Position numbers and translations under genes: made by a program
Assembly: GCA_947053925.1 (NCBI GenBank)
Contig: CAMRUG010000002.1
Coordinates: 34,461 to 98,460, forward strand
Reading direction: 5' to 3'
DNA from: an uncultured Clostridia bacterium
Lineage (GTDB): Bacteria > Bacillota > Clostridia > Christensenellales > CAG-314
Length of the DNA: 64,000 bases
Notes under the pieces: model-generated
Told to the model about the DNA's origin: nothing
The model's database searches: none
What the model saw: the letters and a program-made list of their open reading frames with translations, nothing else
Shown here: piece after piece, positions 27,456 to 37,796 of the stretch
Numbering within the stretch: position 1 is the stretch's first letter
How the letters are laid out: each line of letters opens with the position of its first letter

Positions 27456-28256
27456 TTAAGGTGCCGTTTTAATAACCGGTAAGTTATTCTGGTCGGTGTC
27501 TTTCAGTAACTCAAGGTCGCGTCTGACAGGTTCAAACGAATCAAAAATAATATTGTCGTAATACTCTCTCAGTTCGTCTGCCTGTTGCTGACTTCTGATT
27601 GTCCAACACAAAACGGGAATTCTTTTTCTGAATTTGTTTACGGCTTTGTTTGTTTTAATCGTTGCCGCGTCGTAAGCGATAAACTGACTGCCGTTCCATT
27701 TGCACAGTTTTAAGTCGGCAAGCAGATGTTTTTTGTAATCAGACCACGGCGCTGCTTCAAACGAGCAGGACAGTGTTCCGCGTATGACTTCGGGCGCGTG
27801 CTTTTTAAACCAGCGTATAATAAACGGGTTAAACGATTCTATACAGTAATTGCCTTTGTAGTTCTTTAACGCGTCGTAAGTTTTTTGTTCGGTTTCGCCG
27901 ATATCGTCGTGCGTTTTGATTTCTACTACCAAATTAACCCCGTTTGCGGCTTGCAAAAATTCTCCAAAGGTCGGAATACGGCAGTCCGTATCAAGCAGAC
28001 GCAATTTGCTTAGTTCTTCAAAAGTGTAGTCGCAAAGTTTGCCGTCTACGCCCGTCATTCTCTTTAACGTATCGTCGTGAAATACAACTAATACGCCGTC
28101 CTTGCTCATTTGTACGTCCGTTTCTATTCCGTAATTGTTTTTGACGGCTTTTTCAAAAGCAGGTATCGAGTTTTCAGGTATACCGTTTCCGTTATCAAAA
28201 AGCCCTCTGTGGGCAATATAAACGTCTGTAAGCCATTTGTAATCTTTTCTTATCAT
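27456..28256 (-). CDS. Glycerophosphodiester phosphodiesterase family protein
   Basis: AHRG...ENS...AF...ETDV...HDD motifs of the GDPD family. Lies 45 nt upstream of the 1030-aa gene on the same strand. Confidence 0.88.
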   Translation of the reverse strand: MIRKDYKWLTDVYIAHRGLFDNGNGIPENSIPAFEKAVKNNYGIETDVQMSKDGVLVVFHDDTLKRMTGVDGKLCDYTFEELSKLRLLDTDCRIPTFGEFLQAANGVNLVVEIKTHDDIGETEQKTYDALKNYKGNYCIESFNPFIIRWFKKHAPEVIRGTLSCSFEAAPWSDYKKHLLADLKLCKWNGSQFIAYDAATIKTNKAVNKFRKRIPVLCWTIRSQQQADELREYYDNIIFDSFEPVRRDLELLKDTDQNNLPVIKTAP

Positions 28257-28642
28257 ATTTGCCTTCTAATGTACAAATTCGCATAAAACCGCTAATCTGC
28301 GTTAAATACCATATAATAAATAATTATATATTATAGACGCACAAAAATCAACGCTTTTATCCGATTGCAAGATAAAAATAGTCTATGCCTGTCTTGAATT
28401 TAAAGCCGTCAAAAAGTAAGTACTTTTAGTTTTAGAAAAACAGCGTACAAATCTTGTAAGTAACGGTATTTGTGTTTAATGTAATGCTTTTTACCGTTTA
28501 TTTCAAATGCGGCAAATTCTTCAACAATAAGCAGTTATGATTTTCGAATTTTTAATAAATATGTTTTAATGTACAGAATTGAAATTCGCTATTGCCGTTA
28601 TTCTTCAAAATTACGTTATTGTAACAAAACACCGTTACATTC

Positions 28643-28671
28643 TAGACAAAATTGCGTTATTTCGTTATAAT
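28643..28671 (+). promoter_or_regulatory. Sigma-A-type promoter of lepA
   Basis: TAGACA (28643-28648), a 17-nt spacer and TATAAT (28666-28671). Confidence 0.5.
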
Positions 28672-28800
28672 GATATATACAAAATAATCGGTTGTTTTTT
28701 AACTTGACCGCCAATCGCTTGCCGTTACAACGTGTATTGAAAAGTAACCGCAAAGGTACAAGCGGTGCAAGGTATTACAAAAAACAACATCGGGATAACT

Positions 28801-30600
28801 ATGTCAAAACAAAACACACGGAATTTTTGCATTATAGCGCATATCGATCACGGCAAAAGCACTCTTGCCGACAGACTTATGGAGTACACGGGGCAAGTCG
28901 CCAAGCGCGATTTGGAAGCCCAAATGCTGGACTCTATGGATATCGAACGCGAACGCGGAATAACTATCAAGTTGACGCCCGTCCGTATGAATTACGAAAA
29001 AGACGGCGTAAACTATACTCTCAATCTTATTGATACTCCGGGGCACGTCGACTTCAACTACGAAGTATCCCGTTCTCTTGCCGCGTGCGAGGGCGCGCTT
29101 TTGGTAGTGGACGCGTCGCAAGGCGTGGAAGCGCAAACGCTTGCAAATTGCTATTTGGCGCTTGAAAACGATTTGGAGATTATCCCCGTTATCAACAAGA
29201 TAGATTTGCCGTCGGCAGATATCGAGGGCGCCAAGCAGGAAATCGAAGACACAATAGGTCTTGACGCAAGCAGCGCGCCGCTTGTTTCCGCTAAGGAAGG
29301 TCTTAACATAAAAGACGTTTTAGACGCCGTTGTCGACCGCGTGCCGAGTCCCAACGGAGACGATGCCGCCCCCTTAAAAGCGCTTATTTTCGACTGTCAG
29401 TACGACAACTACAAGGGTGTAATAATTTTCTGCCGCATTGTGGACGGCGAAGTTAAAACGGGCACTTCTATCAAAATGTTCGAGACGAAGGGCAAGGTAT
29501 TCGACGTTACAGAAGTGGGTATTTTTGCCCCTTCTATGCAGGCTGTAGATTCTCTCAAAGCAGGCGACGTAGGATACGTTTGCGCAAGCATTAAAACGGT
29601 GTCCGATACCAAGGTGGGCGATACCTTAACCGACGCTCAAAACCCCTGTAAGGAGCCGTTAAAGGGCTACAAAGAAGTAAAACCGATGGTATTTTGCGGT
29701 ATTTTCCCTGCGGACGGCAGTAAATACAACGATTTGAAAGACGCTTTGGAAAAGTTGAAACTTAACGATGCGGCGCTCTCGTACGAGCCCGATACGTCGG
29801 TTGCGTTAGGCTTCGGGTTCCGTTGCGGTTTTTTGGGATTGTTGCATATGGAGATAATACAGGAACGCTTAGAGCGCGAGTTCGATTTGGATCTTGTAAC
29901 AACCGCGCCCAGCGTAGTGTACAAGGTATACACGACGCAAGGCGACGTACTCGACATCGACAATCCTACAAAGTTGCCGCCGGTAACTAGTATCGAGCAT
30001 ATCGAAGAACCTATCGTGCGCGCCGAAGTTTATTCTCCGCCCGAGTATGTGGGGGATATAATGCAACTCTGTCAGGAAAAGCGCGGCGTCTTTATCGATA
30101 TGACATACCTTGATACGCGTAGGGTAAAACTCACTTACGAAATGCCTCTTAACGAAATTATCTATAACTTTTTTGACAGTCTGAAGTCGCGTACGCGCGG
30201 TTACGCCAGTATGGATTACGAACTGACGGGATTTAAAACGGGTAAACTCGTCAGAATGGATATGATGCTTAACGGAGAAGTATGCGACGCTTTGTCGGTA
30301 ATAGTCAACGAGGAACGCGCTTATCAACGCGGCAGACAAATGGCGGAAAAACTGAAAGAAGCAATTCCCCGTCAAATGTTTGAAATTCCCGTTCAGGCGG
30401 CAATAGGCAACAAGATTATTGCCCGCGAAACAATCAAGGCATTAAGAAAAGACGTTCTTGCAAAGTGTTACGGCGGAGATATTACCCGCAAAAAGAAATT
30501 GCTCGAAAAGCAGAAAGAAGGCAAAAAGCGTATGCGTCAGGTAGGTTCGGTATCTGTTCCCAGCGAAGCATTTATGTCAATCCTTAAAATCGACGATTAG
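28801..30600 (+). CDS. lepA: Translation elongation factor 4
   Basis: [19 protein letters not shown]1 motif and DTPGHVDF. Track ORF 28765..30600, with an ATG at 28801 (MSKQNTRNF). Confidence 0.95.
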   Translation: MSKQNTRNFCIIAHIDHGKSTLADRLMEYTGQVAKRDLEAQMLDSMDIERERGITIKLTPVRMNYEKDGVNYTLNLIDTPGHVDFNYEVSRSLAACEGALLVVDASQGVEAQTLANCYLALENDLEIIPVINKIDLPSADIEGAKQEIEDTIGLDASSAPLVSAKEGLNIKDVLDAVVDRVPSPNGDDAAPLKALIFDCQYDNYKGVIIFCRIVDGEVKTGTSIKMFETKGKVFDVTEVGIFAPSMQAVDSLKAGDVGYVCASIKTVSDTKVGDTLTDAQNPCKEPLKGYKEVKPMVFCGIFPADGSKYNDLKDALEKLKLNDAALSYEPDTSVALGFGFRCGFLGLLHMEIIQERLEREFDLDLVTTAPSVVYKVYTTQGDVLDIDNPTKLPPVTSIEHIEEPIVRAEVYSPPEYVGDIMQLCQEKRGVFIDMTYLDTRRVKLTYEMPLNEIIYNFFDSLKSRTRGYASMDYELTGFKTGKLVRMDMMLNGEVCDALSVIVNEERAYQRGRQMAEKLKEAIPRQMFEIPVQAAIGNKIIARETIKALRKDVLAKCYGGDITRKKKLLEKQKEGKKRMRQVGSVSVPSEAFMSILKIDD

Positions 30601-30603
30601 TCA

Positions 30604-30955
30604 GTCGCTCGTGCATTCCGCTTTTTATTCCGATTCACTTGCGTTCATAGTCAAAAAAACGGAACGCACTCGCTCTCGGTATCACAAGGTTGAGTTTAAT
30701 AAAACTTGTCGCTCGTGCATTCACACAAAAACGGCTTCACAGCGCTACGCTTGTTGCAGATTATTGTCGTCCTTTGCAACAAAAATTACTGAGTTGCAGG
30801 TAAGCGAAAGTAATTTTTCTTTTTGTTGCGAATGCACCCGCTTCTGTGTCAAGCGGAAGGACGTTATTTGAAATTGTCGCCCGTGTATTACATTTTTTTG
30901 CTTGCGATTCACTTGCGCTCATAGTAAAAAAAAGCCGAACGCACTTACTTTCGGT
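30604..30955 (+). repeat. Intergenic repeat family: three GTCGCYCGTGYATT heads plus two 50-nt arms
   Basis: The identical 15-mer GTCGCTCGTGCATTC occurs at 30604 and 30708, with a variant at 30876. The arm at 30631-30680 is about 86 percent identical to 30905-30955. Confidence 0.75.
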
Positions 30956-31416
30956 GTAAATCGGTCAACATTATTCGGACTTACTTGTTTCTTAGTCAAA
31001 GCAGATTTGAGAAATTCAAAAAAGCAAAACCTATATAAGAAATACTTGTTGAGTTGTTTTTTTTAGGGAATGTCTTACTACGCGCCGTATGACAATAAGC
31101 CAACTGAGCACAAGTAAAAATATGTTTTCACTATGTTAATATAGACTGAGAGAAAGTAGTGGAGAAATACTGAAAAGCGCAACTTTATAAAAAGAGTAAG
31201 ACTATTTTTGCATTGTTTTTCTTGCGGACACGTTTTAAAAAGTACTAAGTACAATATATTATCCGTCTTGCTATGACGCAAATATGCCGTCAAACGGATT
31301 TGTACGGTTTCTTAGCGGTCAAAACTTTCGGCGCGTAAAAGACATTTAAATCTGCTTATATGCGCGTTGTCCTATCTATCTGTATTAGAATTTACTTTTG
31401 AGTGATATTAAGTATA

Positions 31417-31761
31417 ATGAAAAAAGACATTTTTAACGGTAAAATAAAAGAGCAATATGTCGGATATATGAAGACAAGTATCGTTTTTGTGGAAGCAATT
31501 TTTTTCTGCTTTGCTGCCCTTTGTCTATGTTCGGCGCTTTATTTCGACAATATGGATTACGATATGCGTTTGGTATTGTATATATTATCGGGTGTGGTTT
31601 TTGCGTTTTGTATTGCTTTTCCCATTGTAACGATTTTGTGTATTCGTTCTTATCCTAAGCACAAAGCATTTACAAAAAGGCTTGTCAAAGAATACGTTCT
31701 AAAAACTTATATAGATGAGGACATCAAAACAAATGACGGCGGCAGCGATGAAAAACAGTAA
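31417..31761 (+). CDS. Small membrane protein
   Basis: Track ORF 31402..31761, ATG at 31417 (MKKDIF...). Two hydrophobic helices. Confidence 0.55.
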   Translation: MKKDIFNGKIKEQYVGYMKTSIVFVEAIFFCFAALCLCSALYFDNMDYDMRLVLYILSGVVFAFCIAFPIVTILCIRSYPKHKAFTKRLVKEYVLKTYIDEDIKTNDGGSDEKQ

Positions 31762-32872
31762 ATGCGGCATATACGTTCATATACCGTTTTGTAAGGCGAG
31801 ATGCTATTACTGCGCTTTTTCGTCGTGTTGCGATTATACTCTCCAAGAAAAATACTTTGCTAAACTTTACGGCGAGATTGCCGCCCGAAGCGACAAAAGC
31901 GTTCAAATTTCTACCGTCTATCTCGGCGGCGGTACGCCGTCCTCTGTCGATACAAGGTATTTAGAAGAATTATTTGCCGTCTTGCGCCGTAATTTCGATT
32001 TGTCCAACGTGCAGGAAATATCGGTGGAATGTAATCCCGAAAGCGCAAATTCGGAACTGCTTGACTGTTTGAAAAGTAACGGAGTTACCCGAATCAGTTT
32101 CGGTCTGCAAAGCGTCAACGACAAAACATTGAGTACAATAGGGCGCTTGCATACCTATTCCGATTTTTTATCGGCTCTAAGCCGTGCAAGAAAAGCGGGC
32201 TTTAACAATATCAATGCCGATTTGATTTTAGGCTTGCCGGAAAGTCCCTCTGACTTTTACCGCTCGGTAGAAACGGTTGCCGAATTGCCCGTTACGCACG
32301 TCAGCGTTTACGCGCTCGAACTGCACGAAAATTCGCCGCTGTATGCTATTAGTAAATCTCAATTCGACTACACCGACGACCAACTGGCAGATATGTACGA
32401 CAATGCCGGCGCGGTTTTAAATAAGCACGGGTTTGAACGGTACGAGATTTCTAACTTTGCCAAATCGGGGCAGGAGTGCAAACACAATCTCATTTACTGG
32501 ACGGAAAACAGATATTATGCTTTCGGCGCTTCGGCAAGCGGATTTGTAGGCGATATCCGCTATACCAATCCCTATTCTCCGGGCGAATATATTGCAGCGC
32601 CTTTAACGGAAATGCTTCTACGCGGCGACAAAATATCGTTAAAAGGTCAAGCCAACGAATATGCAATGCTTGCCTTGCGCTTAAAGCGCGGCGTGTCTTT
32701 GTCAGAGTTTAAGAGCCGCTTCAATATCGGTTTTTCGGACTTTTTCAAAAATGCGCAAACCTTGTTTGAGCAAGGTCTGCTCATTGCCGACGGCGATAGT
32801 GTCCGTGTTCCGTCTGACAAAATTTATGTCGTCAATTCTATACTCTGCGAACTTTTGTCTTTTGACGAATAG
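31748..32872 (+). CDS. hemW: Radical SAM heme chaperone HemW (HemN-like)
   Basis: IHIPFC-type start with CKARCYYC (CxxxCxxC). The position after lepA is typical. The start could be 31733 or 31748. Confidence 0.88.
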   Translation: MKNSKCGIYVHIPFCKARCYYCAFSSCCDYTLQEKYFAKLYGEIAARSDKSVQISTVYLGGGTPSSVDTRYLEELFAVLRRNFDLSNVQEISVECNPESANSELLDCLKSNGVTRISFGLQSVNDKTLSTIGRLHTYSDFLSALSRARKAGFNNINADLILGLPESPSDFYRSVETVAELPVTHVSVYALELHENSPLYAISKSQFDYTDDQLADMYDNAGAVLNKHGFERYEISNFAKSGQECKHNLIYWTENRYYAFGASASGFVGDIRYTNPYSPGEYIAAPLTEMLLRGDKISLKGQANEYAMLALRLKRGVSLSEFKSRFNIGFSDFFKNAQTLFEQGLLIADGDSVRVPSDKIYVVNSILCELLSFDE

Positions 32873-33001
32873 GTTTTAAATTGTCAATACCTAGCGGATT
32901 GTAAATAATTTCTTATTTAAAGGCTTTTAAATACATTGCAATCTAGTTTATTTAAAAACAATTTTTTCTGTATATTTTTGCAGAAATAGTCTTTTTAGCG
33001 T

Positions 33002-33052
33002 GTATTATGCCTGAAATCCGCCTTTTCTGACATACTATTACAGGCATAATAC
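33002..33052. repeat. Perfect 12-bp inverted repeat separated by 27 nt
   Basis: GTATTATGCCTG (33002-33013) and CAGGCATAATAC (33041-33052), with a T-run 6 nt downstream. Confidence 0.8.
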
Positions 33053-33102
33053 TAAGATTTTTTATTAAAAACCAAAAAATTCTAAAATTTTATTTATATT
33101 AC

Positions 33103-33131
33103 TTGCTTATTCGTTAAATTTTTGTTATAGT
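33103..33131 (+). promoter_or_regulatory. Sigma-A-type promoter of the LysR gene
   Basis: TTGCTT, a 17-nt spacer and TATAGT. Confidence 0.45.
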
Positions 33132-33199
33132 ATCATCAAGAAATACTTATGTCGCAGGCAGAGAACTTGCGGCAAATTTTTGAGTATCAAGGTAGTAAT

Positions 33200-34075
33200 A
33201 TGAAACTGTTACAAATGAGATATTTTCAAACCGTTTGTCAGTACGGCAGTATCACCCGCGCGGCGGAAGAATTGTTTGTCAGTCAGCCGACAATATCGTT
33301 TTGCATCAAAGAATTAGAAGACGAATTCGGCGTAAAACTTTTTCACCGCAGACATAACCGTTTGCAGTTAACGGTAGAGGGCGCGTATTTTCAAGACAAA
33401 GTAAATTATATTTTGCAGTCGGTTGACTCATTGGCAACCCAAATGAAAGATATGGGCAACAATCACAATCACGTCAAAATTGCCGTACCTGCGATGATAT
33501 CCACTTTTCTGTTTCCGCAAATGTTTAACGCATACAAAACATTGTATCCCAATGTCGAACTGGAAATGTTGGAAACAGGCTCTCTCCAAGCGCGCAAACT
33601 CGTTGACGCTCATTCGGTAGATTTAGGCATTACAATTTTAGATAACGTAGTGGAAGATACCTACAACGTTTTACCGCTTGTTTCAACCGAACTGGTATTC
33701 TGCGTAAGCAAGGATCATCCGCTTGCTAACCGTACAAAAATATCTTTTAAGGAACTTGCCGACGAACATATTATTTTGTTCAAGGCGGACAGTTACCAGA
33801 ATATATTTATCAAGCGTGCTTTTTCGGAAGTAGGAGTTACTCCCAATATACTGCTGTATTCTTCGCAACTGTATACTATCAAAAAGTTTATTTCCTACGG
33901 CAACGTAGGCGCGTTTTTGTACCGTCAAGTGGCGGAGATAGATTCCGACCTTGTGTGTATCCCTATGGACACGCCCATCAATCAGGACGTGGTATTGTTC
34001 TGGTCCAAAAACAGCAGTCTGTATTCCGATTCGGAAAACTTTATCCAATTTGCAAAGCAGTTTAAGTATCAATAG
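33200..34075 (+). CDS. LysR family transcriptional regulator
   Basis: N-terminal HTH MKLLQMRYFQTVCQYGSITRAAEELFVSQPTISFCIKELE. Track ORF 33149..34075. Confidence 0.9.
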   Translation: MKLLQMRYFQTVCQYGSITRAAEELFVSQPTISFCIKELEDEFGVKLFHRRHNRLQLTVEGAYFQDKVNYILQSVDSLATQMKDMGNNHNHVKIAVPAMISTFLFPQMFNAYKTLYPNVELEMLETGSLQARKLVDAHSVDLGITILDNVVEDTYNVLPLVSTELVFCVSKDHPLANRTKISFKELADEHIILFKADSYQNIFIKRAFSEVGVTPNILLYSSQLYTIKKFISYGNVGAFLYRQVAEIDSDLVCIPMDTPINQDVVLFWSKNSSLYSDSENFIQFAKQFKYQ

Positions 34076-34122
34076 AAGATTATCAAAAGCAAAGCGCACA
34101 AAATTTAAAAGGAGATTTTGTT

Positions 34123-34659
34123 ATGAATATTTGGCACGATATATCCCGTAGCCGTATCAAGAAAGACGATTTTTATGCGGTAGTTGAGATTACAAAGGGC
34201 AGTAAAATGAAATACGAACTGGACAAGGAAACAGGCTTGCTTGTTCTTGACCGCATTTTGTATACCTCTACGCATTATCCTGCAAACTACGGATTTATTC
34301 CCCGCACGCTTGCCGACGACGGCGATCCAATGGACGTGCTTATTTTAAGTTCCGAATCGCTTTTACCTTTAAGTTTGGTGCGTTGCTATCCTATCGGCGT
34401 AATCACAATGAGCGATAACGGAGATATGGACGAAAAAATAATAGCAATTCCCTACTCCGATCCTACATACAACGGTTATAAGTCGATAACAGAACTTCCT
34501 CAGCATATTTTTGACGAAATGCAGCATTTTTTCCGCGTTTATAAAGAACTGGAAAATAAATCTACTTCCGTGTCGGAAGTACACAATCTTGAGGTAGCCG
34601 AAGAAATCGTCCAAAAGTCCATTGACAACTATGTCGAAAAGATTTTGTCTAAAAGGTAA
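34123..34659 (+). CDS. ppa: Inorganic pyrophosphatase (family I)
   Basis: YPANYGFIP and DGDPMDVL motifs. Confidence 0.92.
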   Translation: MNIWHDISRSRIKKDDFYAVVEITKGSKMKYELDKETGLLVLDRILYTSTHYPANYGFIPRTLADDGDPMDVLILSSESLLPLSLVRCYPIGVITMSDNGDMDEKIIAIPYSDPTYNGYKSITELPQHIFDEMQHFFRVYKELENKSTSVSEVHNLEVAEEIVQKSIDNYVEKILSKR

Positions 34660-34737
34660 GCAAAGTTATACTTACATAAATTCACTAACAAAACTTGATT
34701 TTGTTTTGAAGTGAGCTTACGGAGTAAGAGGAGAGAA

Positions 34738-35262
34738 ATGGAGAAAACCTACCATTACAGTTTGACTGAAAAACAAATGCGGGATTGTACAAAACGAGTA
34801 AACGCAAAGAAACATAATATAGCTTTAATAATTGGTTTGGTAGTTTTTGTTGTAAGCATTCCGCTGTTTATTTGGATGGTAAGCGACAGACAGTTGTGGG
34901 ATATAGCGACATTACCTGCAATGTTATTCTTGCTTAGTATTATAGAGTTGCTTATCGTTGCTGTTAACAAAATTGTAATCAAAAACCGAGATGGAGCGTA
35001 TTTTGATGCCAATCAGGTTGACGGCAAATTGGTTTACGAGGTTCAGCTCGGCGAAAAAGGCTTTAAAGTTTCGTTACCGCTTGTAGACAAAGATTTCAAT
35101 TATTCATATGATTATGTATCAAAGATTAAGGAGTTTGACTCCTATGCTATCGTTATGGTTATTGATAAGCGTTGGAGTTATATGCCAATTGTTTTAACTG
35201 AAGATACTAAGCCGCTTGTAGAAACGCTTAAAGTCCGCGTAGCAGAAACTTGGCGTAGTTAA
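34738..35262 (+). CDS. YcxB-like membrane protein
   Basis: Track ORF 34711..35262, ATG at 34738 after GAGGAGAG. Two central TM helices followed by a soluble domain. Confidence 0.55.
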   Translation: MEKTYHYSLTEKQMRDCTKRVNAKKHNIALIIGLVVFVVSIPLFIWMVSDRQLWDIATLPAMLFLLSIIELLIVAVNKIVIKNRDGAYFDANQVDGKLVYEVQLGEKGFKVSLPLVDKDFNYSYDYVSKIKEFDSYAIVMVIDKRWSYMPIVLTEDTKPLVETLKVRVAETWRS

Positions 35263-35286
35263 AAATACTTTTTAACCGAATTTATA

Positions 35287-35317
35287 ATCTCACCCGAATA
35301 TCGGGCGAGATTTTTTT
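35287..35317 (+). terminator. Rho-independent terminator
   Basis: ATCTCACCCGA pairs with TCGGGCGAGAT (one mismatch), followed by T6. Confidence 0.7.
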
Positions 35318-35421
35318 AGCGTAAATAATGTTTTTTTATTTTTAAACACTTGTGTTTATATTTTATAAATTATATATTATATAATCTTGCAAAAAAATTG
35401 TTGTAGTGCTAAAATAGTAAT

Positions 35422-36732
35422 ATGGCACAATATGAACAAAACTCGATATTCGAGCAAGAAAAAATAAATAATATTCCTTTGGCGGAGCGAATGCGCCCCG
35501 TTGTTTTGTCGCAATTTGTCGGTCAACGTCATTTAATTTATGACGGCTCGCTTCTATGCCGCGCAATCAAAGCGGACAAACTGGGCAGTTGCATTTTTTG
35601 GGGTGTACCGGGTACGGGCAAAACGTCTCTTGCAAACGTTATAGCCAACAGTACGGGCAGTCATTTTGAAAAGTTAAATGCGGTTTCCAGCGGCGTTGCC
35701 GATGCAAAGAAAATTATTGACGAGGCGACAAAACGCTTTAATGCCTACGGACAAAAGACTTATTTGTTGCTTGACGAGTGCCACCGTTGGAGCAAAGCGC
35801 AAAGCGACTGCGTGCTTCCCGCAATCGAAAAGGGATATATAACTTTTATCGGCTCGACAACCGAAAATCCCTATGTCTCTATGACCAGGGCTATCGTTTC
35901 GCGTTGCCGCGTATTCGAGTTTCTGCCTTTAGAAAAACGAGATATAATAGACGCTTTAAAAGACGCGTTAAAGCGTGATGTCGTATTGTCTAAAATGAAA
36001 ATTGTAGCAGACGCTGACGCGCTTGAATATATTGCCGAAACGGCGGCGGGGGATCTGCGTAACGCATACAACGCTTTGGAACTTGCCGCGCTTACAACCG
36101 ACATAGGCTCGGACGGAGCAATACGCATTACAAAACTTGTGGCAACGCAGTCTATGCAGAAAAAGGCTCTCTCTATAGACACGGGAACCTACTACGATAT
36201 GATCAGTGCGTTTATCAAGTCTATGCGCGGAAGCGACGCCAATGCCGCAATGTTCTGGTTTGAACGGCTTATCGAAGCGGGTACAGACCCGTTACTGCTT
36301 GCCCGCAGGATAGTAATTCACGCGGCGGAGGATGTCGGACTTGCTGACCCGTTGGCATTGCCTGTTGCGGTATCGGCTCTAACGGCTTTTCAAAATCTAG
36401 GGCTTCCCGAAGGGCGTATTCCTTTGAGCGAAGCCATACTGTATATTTGCAATGCCCCCAAGTCGAATTCCGTTGTCGAGGCTTTGAGAGCGGCTACCGA
36501 GTCCGCCCGTAACAACCCGTCTGCGCGCGTACCGTCGTACCTATGCGATATGAACTTCCCCCGCGGAGAAAACGGTTTGGACGATATTCCCTACAAATAT
36601 CCGCATAATTACGGCGGCTGGGTAGAGCAGCAATACCTTCCCGACGAAGTTAAAAACGAAGTGTATTTTACGCCTAGCGGAAACGGTCAGGATACGGGTT
36701 GCCGCCAACCTAAAAACAGCAAAAAGCAATAG
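35422..36732 (+). CDS. rarA: Replication-associated recombination protein A (AAA ATPase)
   Basis: Walker A GVPGTGKTS, a Walker B LLDECHR-type motif and an MgsA-like C-terminal domain. Confidence 0.92.
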   Translation: MAQYEQNSIFEQEKINNIPLAERMRPVVLSQFVGQRHLIYDGSLLCRAIKADKLGSCIFWGVPGTGKTSLANVIANSTGSHFEKLNAVSSGVADAKKIIDEATKRFNAYGQKTYLLLDECHRWSKAQSDCVLPAIEKGYITFIGSTTENPYVSMTRAIVSRCRVFEFLPLEKRDIIDALKDALKRDVVLSKMKIVADADALEYIAETAAGDLRNAYNALELAALTTDIGSDGAIRITKLVATQSMQKKALSIDTGTYYDMISAFIKSMRGSDANAAMFWFERLIEAGTDPLLLARRIVIHAAEDVGLADPLALPVAVSALTAFQNLGLPEGRIPLSEAILYICNAPKSNSVVEALRAATESARNNPSARVPSYLCDMNFPRGENGLDDIPYKYPHNYGGWVEQQYLPDEVKNEVYFTPSGNGQDTGCRQPKNSKKQ

Positions 36733-37047
36733 CGGACAAAAGTTTTAAATCAGTTTTTGTACATGCTTAAAATCTAACAAACTAAAACAGGATCTGCGTA
36801 CAGGCGTTAAATTATCTTATTGAATCGGTCTGTTCGTTTCAGTTCGGTTGATTTGGATTTTACGCGGTTTTGGTTTTGGACTATGGATAATTGTCGCGAT
36901 TGTTATACCTACGGACAGCCGAAAAGGAATTTGAGTACAGTGATAGCACTGCCGAAAATTTTATTTTTGCCGTATTCTGTCGTTAAACGGTTTAAGCAGT
37001 CGGTATATTAAACATATCTTAGTATTTAGGTAAAAGGGAGTTTAACA

Positions 37048-37356
37048 ATGGCAAGCAGTCAGTCTTATGTAACATTTATAGTAGACAAACTTTCGCCGCT
37101 AGGCAAAGTTACCGTCAGAAAGATGATGGGAGAGTATTGCCTGTATCTAAACGGCAAACTTGTAGGCGACATTTGCGACGATACTTTGTTTTTGAAAAAA
37201 TTCGATACAAATGCGGAATTTTTGCAGGACTGTTTACAGTCGCCGCCGTATGAGGGAGCAAAACCGATGTATGTTCCCGATGTCGATGACGATATGTTTT
37301 TATTGCGTGCCGTACAGTTGACTTACGACGGCGCGCCCGAAAGAAAGAAAAAATAA
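37048..37356 (+). CDS. TfoX/Sxy N-terminal domain protein
   Basis: 102 aa; VRKMMGEYCLYLNGKLVG is typical of the TfoX_N domain. Confidence 0.7.
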   Translation: MASSQSYVTFIVDKLSPLGKVTVRKMMGEYCLYLNGKLVGDICDDTLFLKKFDTNAEFLQDCLQSPPYEGAKPMYVPDVDDDMFLLRAVQLTYDGAPERKKK

Positions 37357-37371
37357 AAAGGGCTACAAATA

Positions 37372-37749
37372 ATGATAAACAAAAAGTGGCTTCAAATATC
37401 GATGTTTTTGCCTCTTTGGGGTGCGATTATCGACTTAATTATTTGTATGCGGCAGTTTAACAGGCATTTGAATAAGGAAAACGACAATTTGCTTCTAATA
37501 AAAAAAATCTTTTCTTGGACAGGAATATTGGGAGCGGCGTTTGTTGGCGTAATGCTTTTAGTGGCTTTGATTAACGAAATTATAGTAAAGATTACGGGAT
37601 TGCGGTTTGATTATATTTTTTTGATTGCAATCGTTGCGGCGGGATATGTAACTAATGTAGTTTTTTACGCATATTACCGCAAAAGGATAAAACCGCTGTT
37701 TGAAGAAAACAGTAATGAAACAAAAGAAGAATATGAAGAAATTAACTAA
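37372..37749 (+). CDS. Small membrane protein
   Basis: 125 aa with three hydrophobic segments and an acidic tail. Confidence 0.55.
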   Translation: MINKKWLQISMFLPLWGAIIDLIICMRQFNRHLNKENDNLLLIKKIFSWTGILGAAFVGVMLLVALINEIIVKITGLRFDYIFLIAIVAAGYVTNVVFYAYYRKRIKPLFEENSNETKEEYEEIN

Positions 37750-37787
37750 CGGACATTATCTCTCTTTTACAAACGCTGTTTGCGCGT

Positions 37788-37796
37788 GGGGGGGGG
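37788..37796. repeat. Homopolymeric G9 tract in the ABC-transporter upstream region
   Basis: Nine consecutive G residues at 37788-37796, inside the loop of GTTTGCGC (37777-84) / GCGCAAAC (37819-26). Confidence 0.9.

Noticed and set aside
30611-30871. An 86-codon ORF (GTG start) spanning the lepA-downstream repeats
   Set aside because: It has no RBS, and its Cys/Arg/Ser-rich composition is odd. It runs straight through the repeated hairpin units, and its frame is not preserved between repeat copies. Chance is the better explanation.
30601-30960. Possible CRISPR array
   Set aside because: There are only three head repeats, with irregular spacing of 104 and 168 nt. The repeats differ in sequence, the spacers themselves are repeated, and there are no cas genes in the window.
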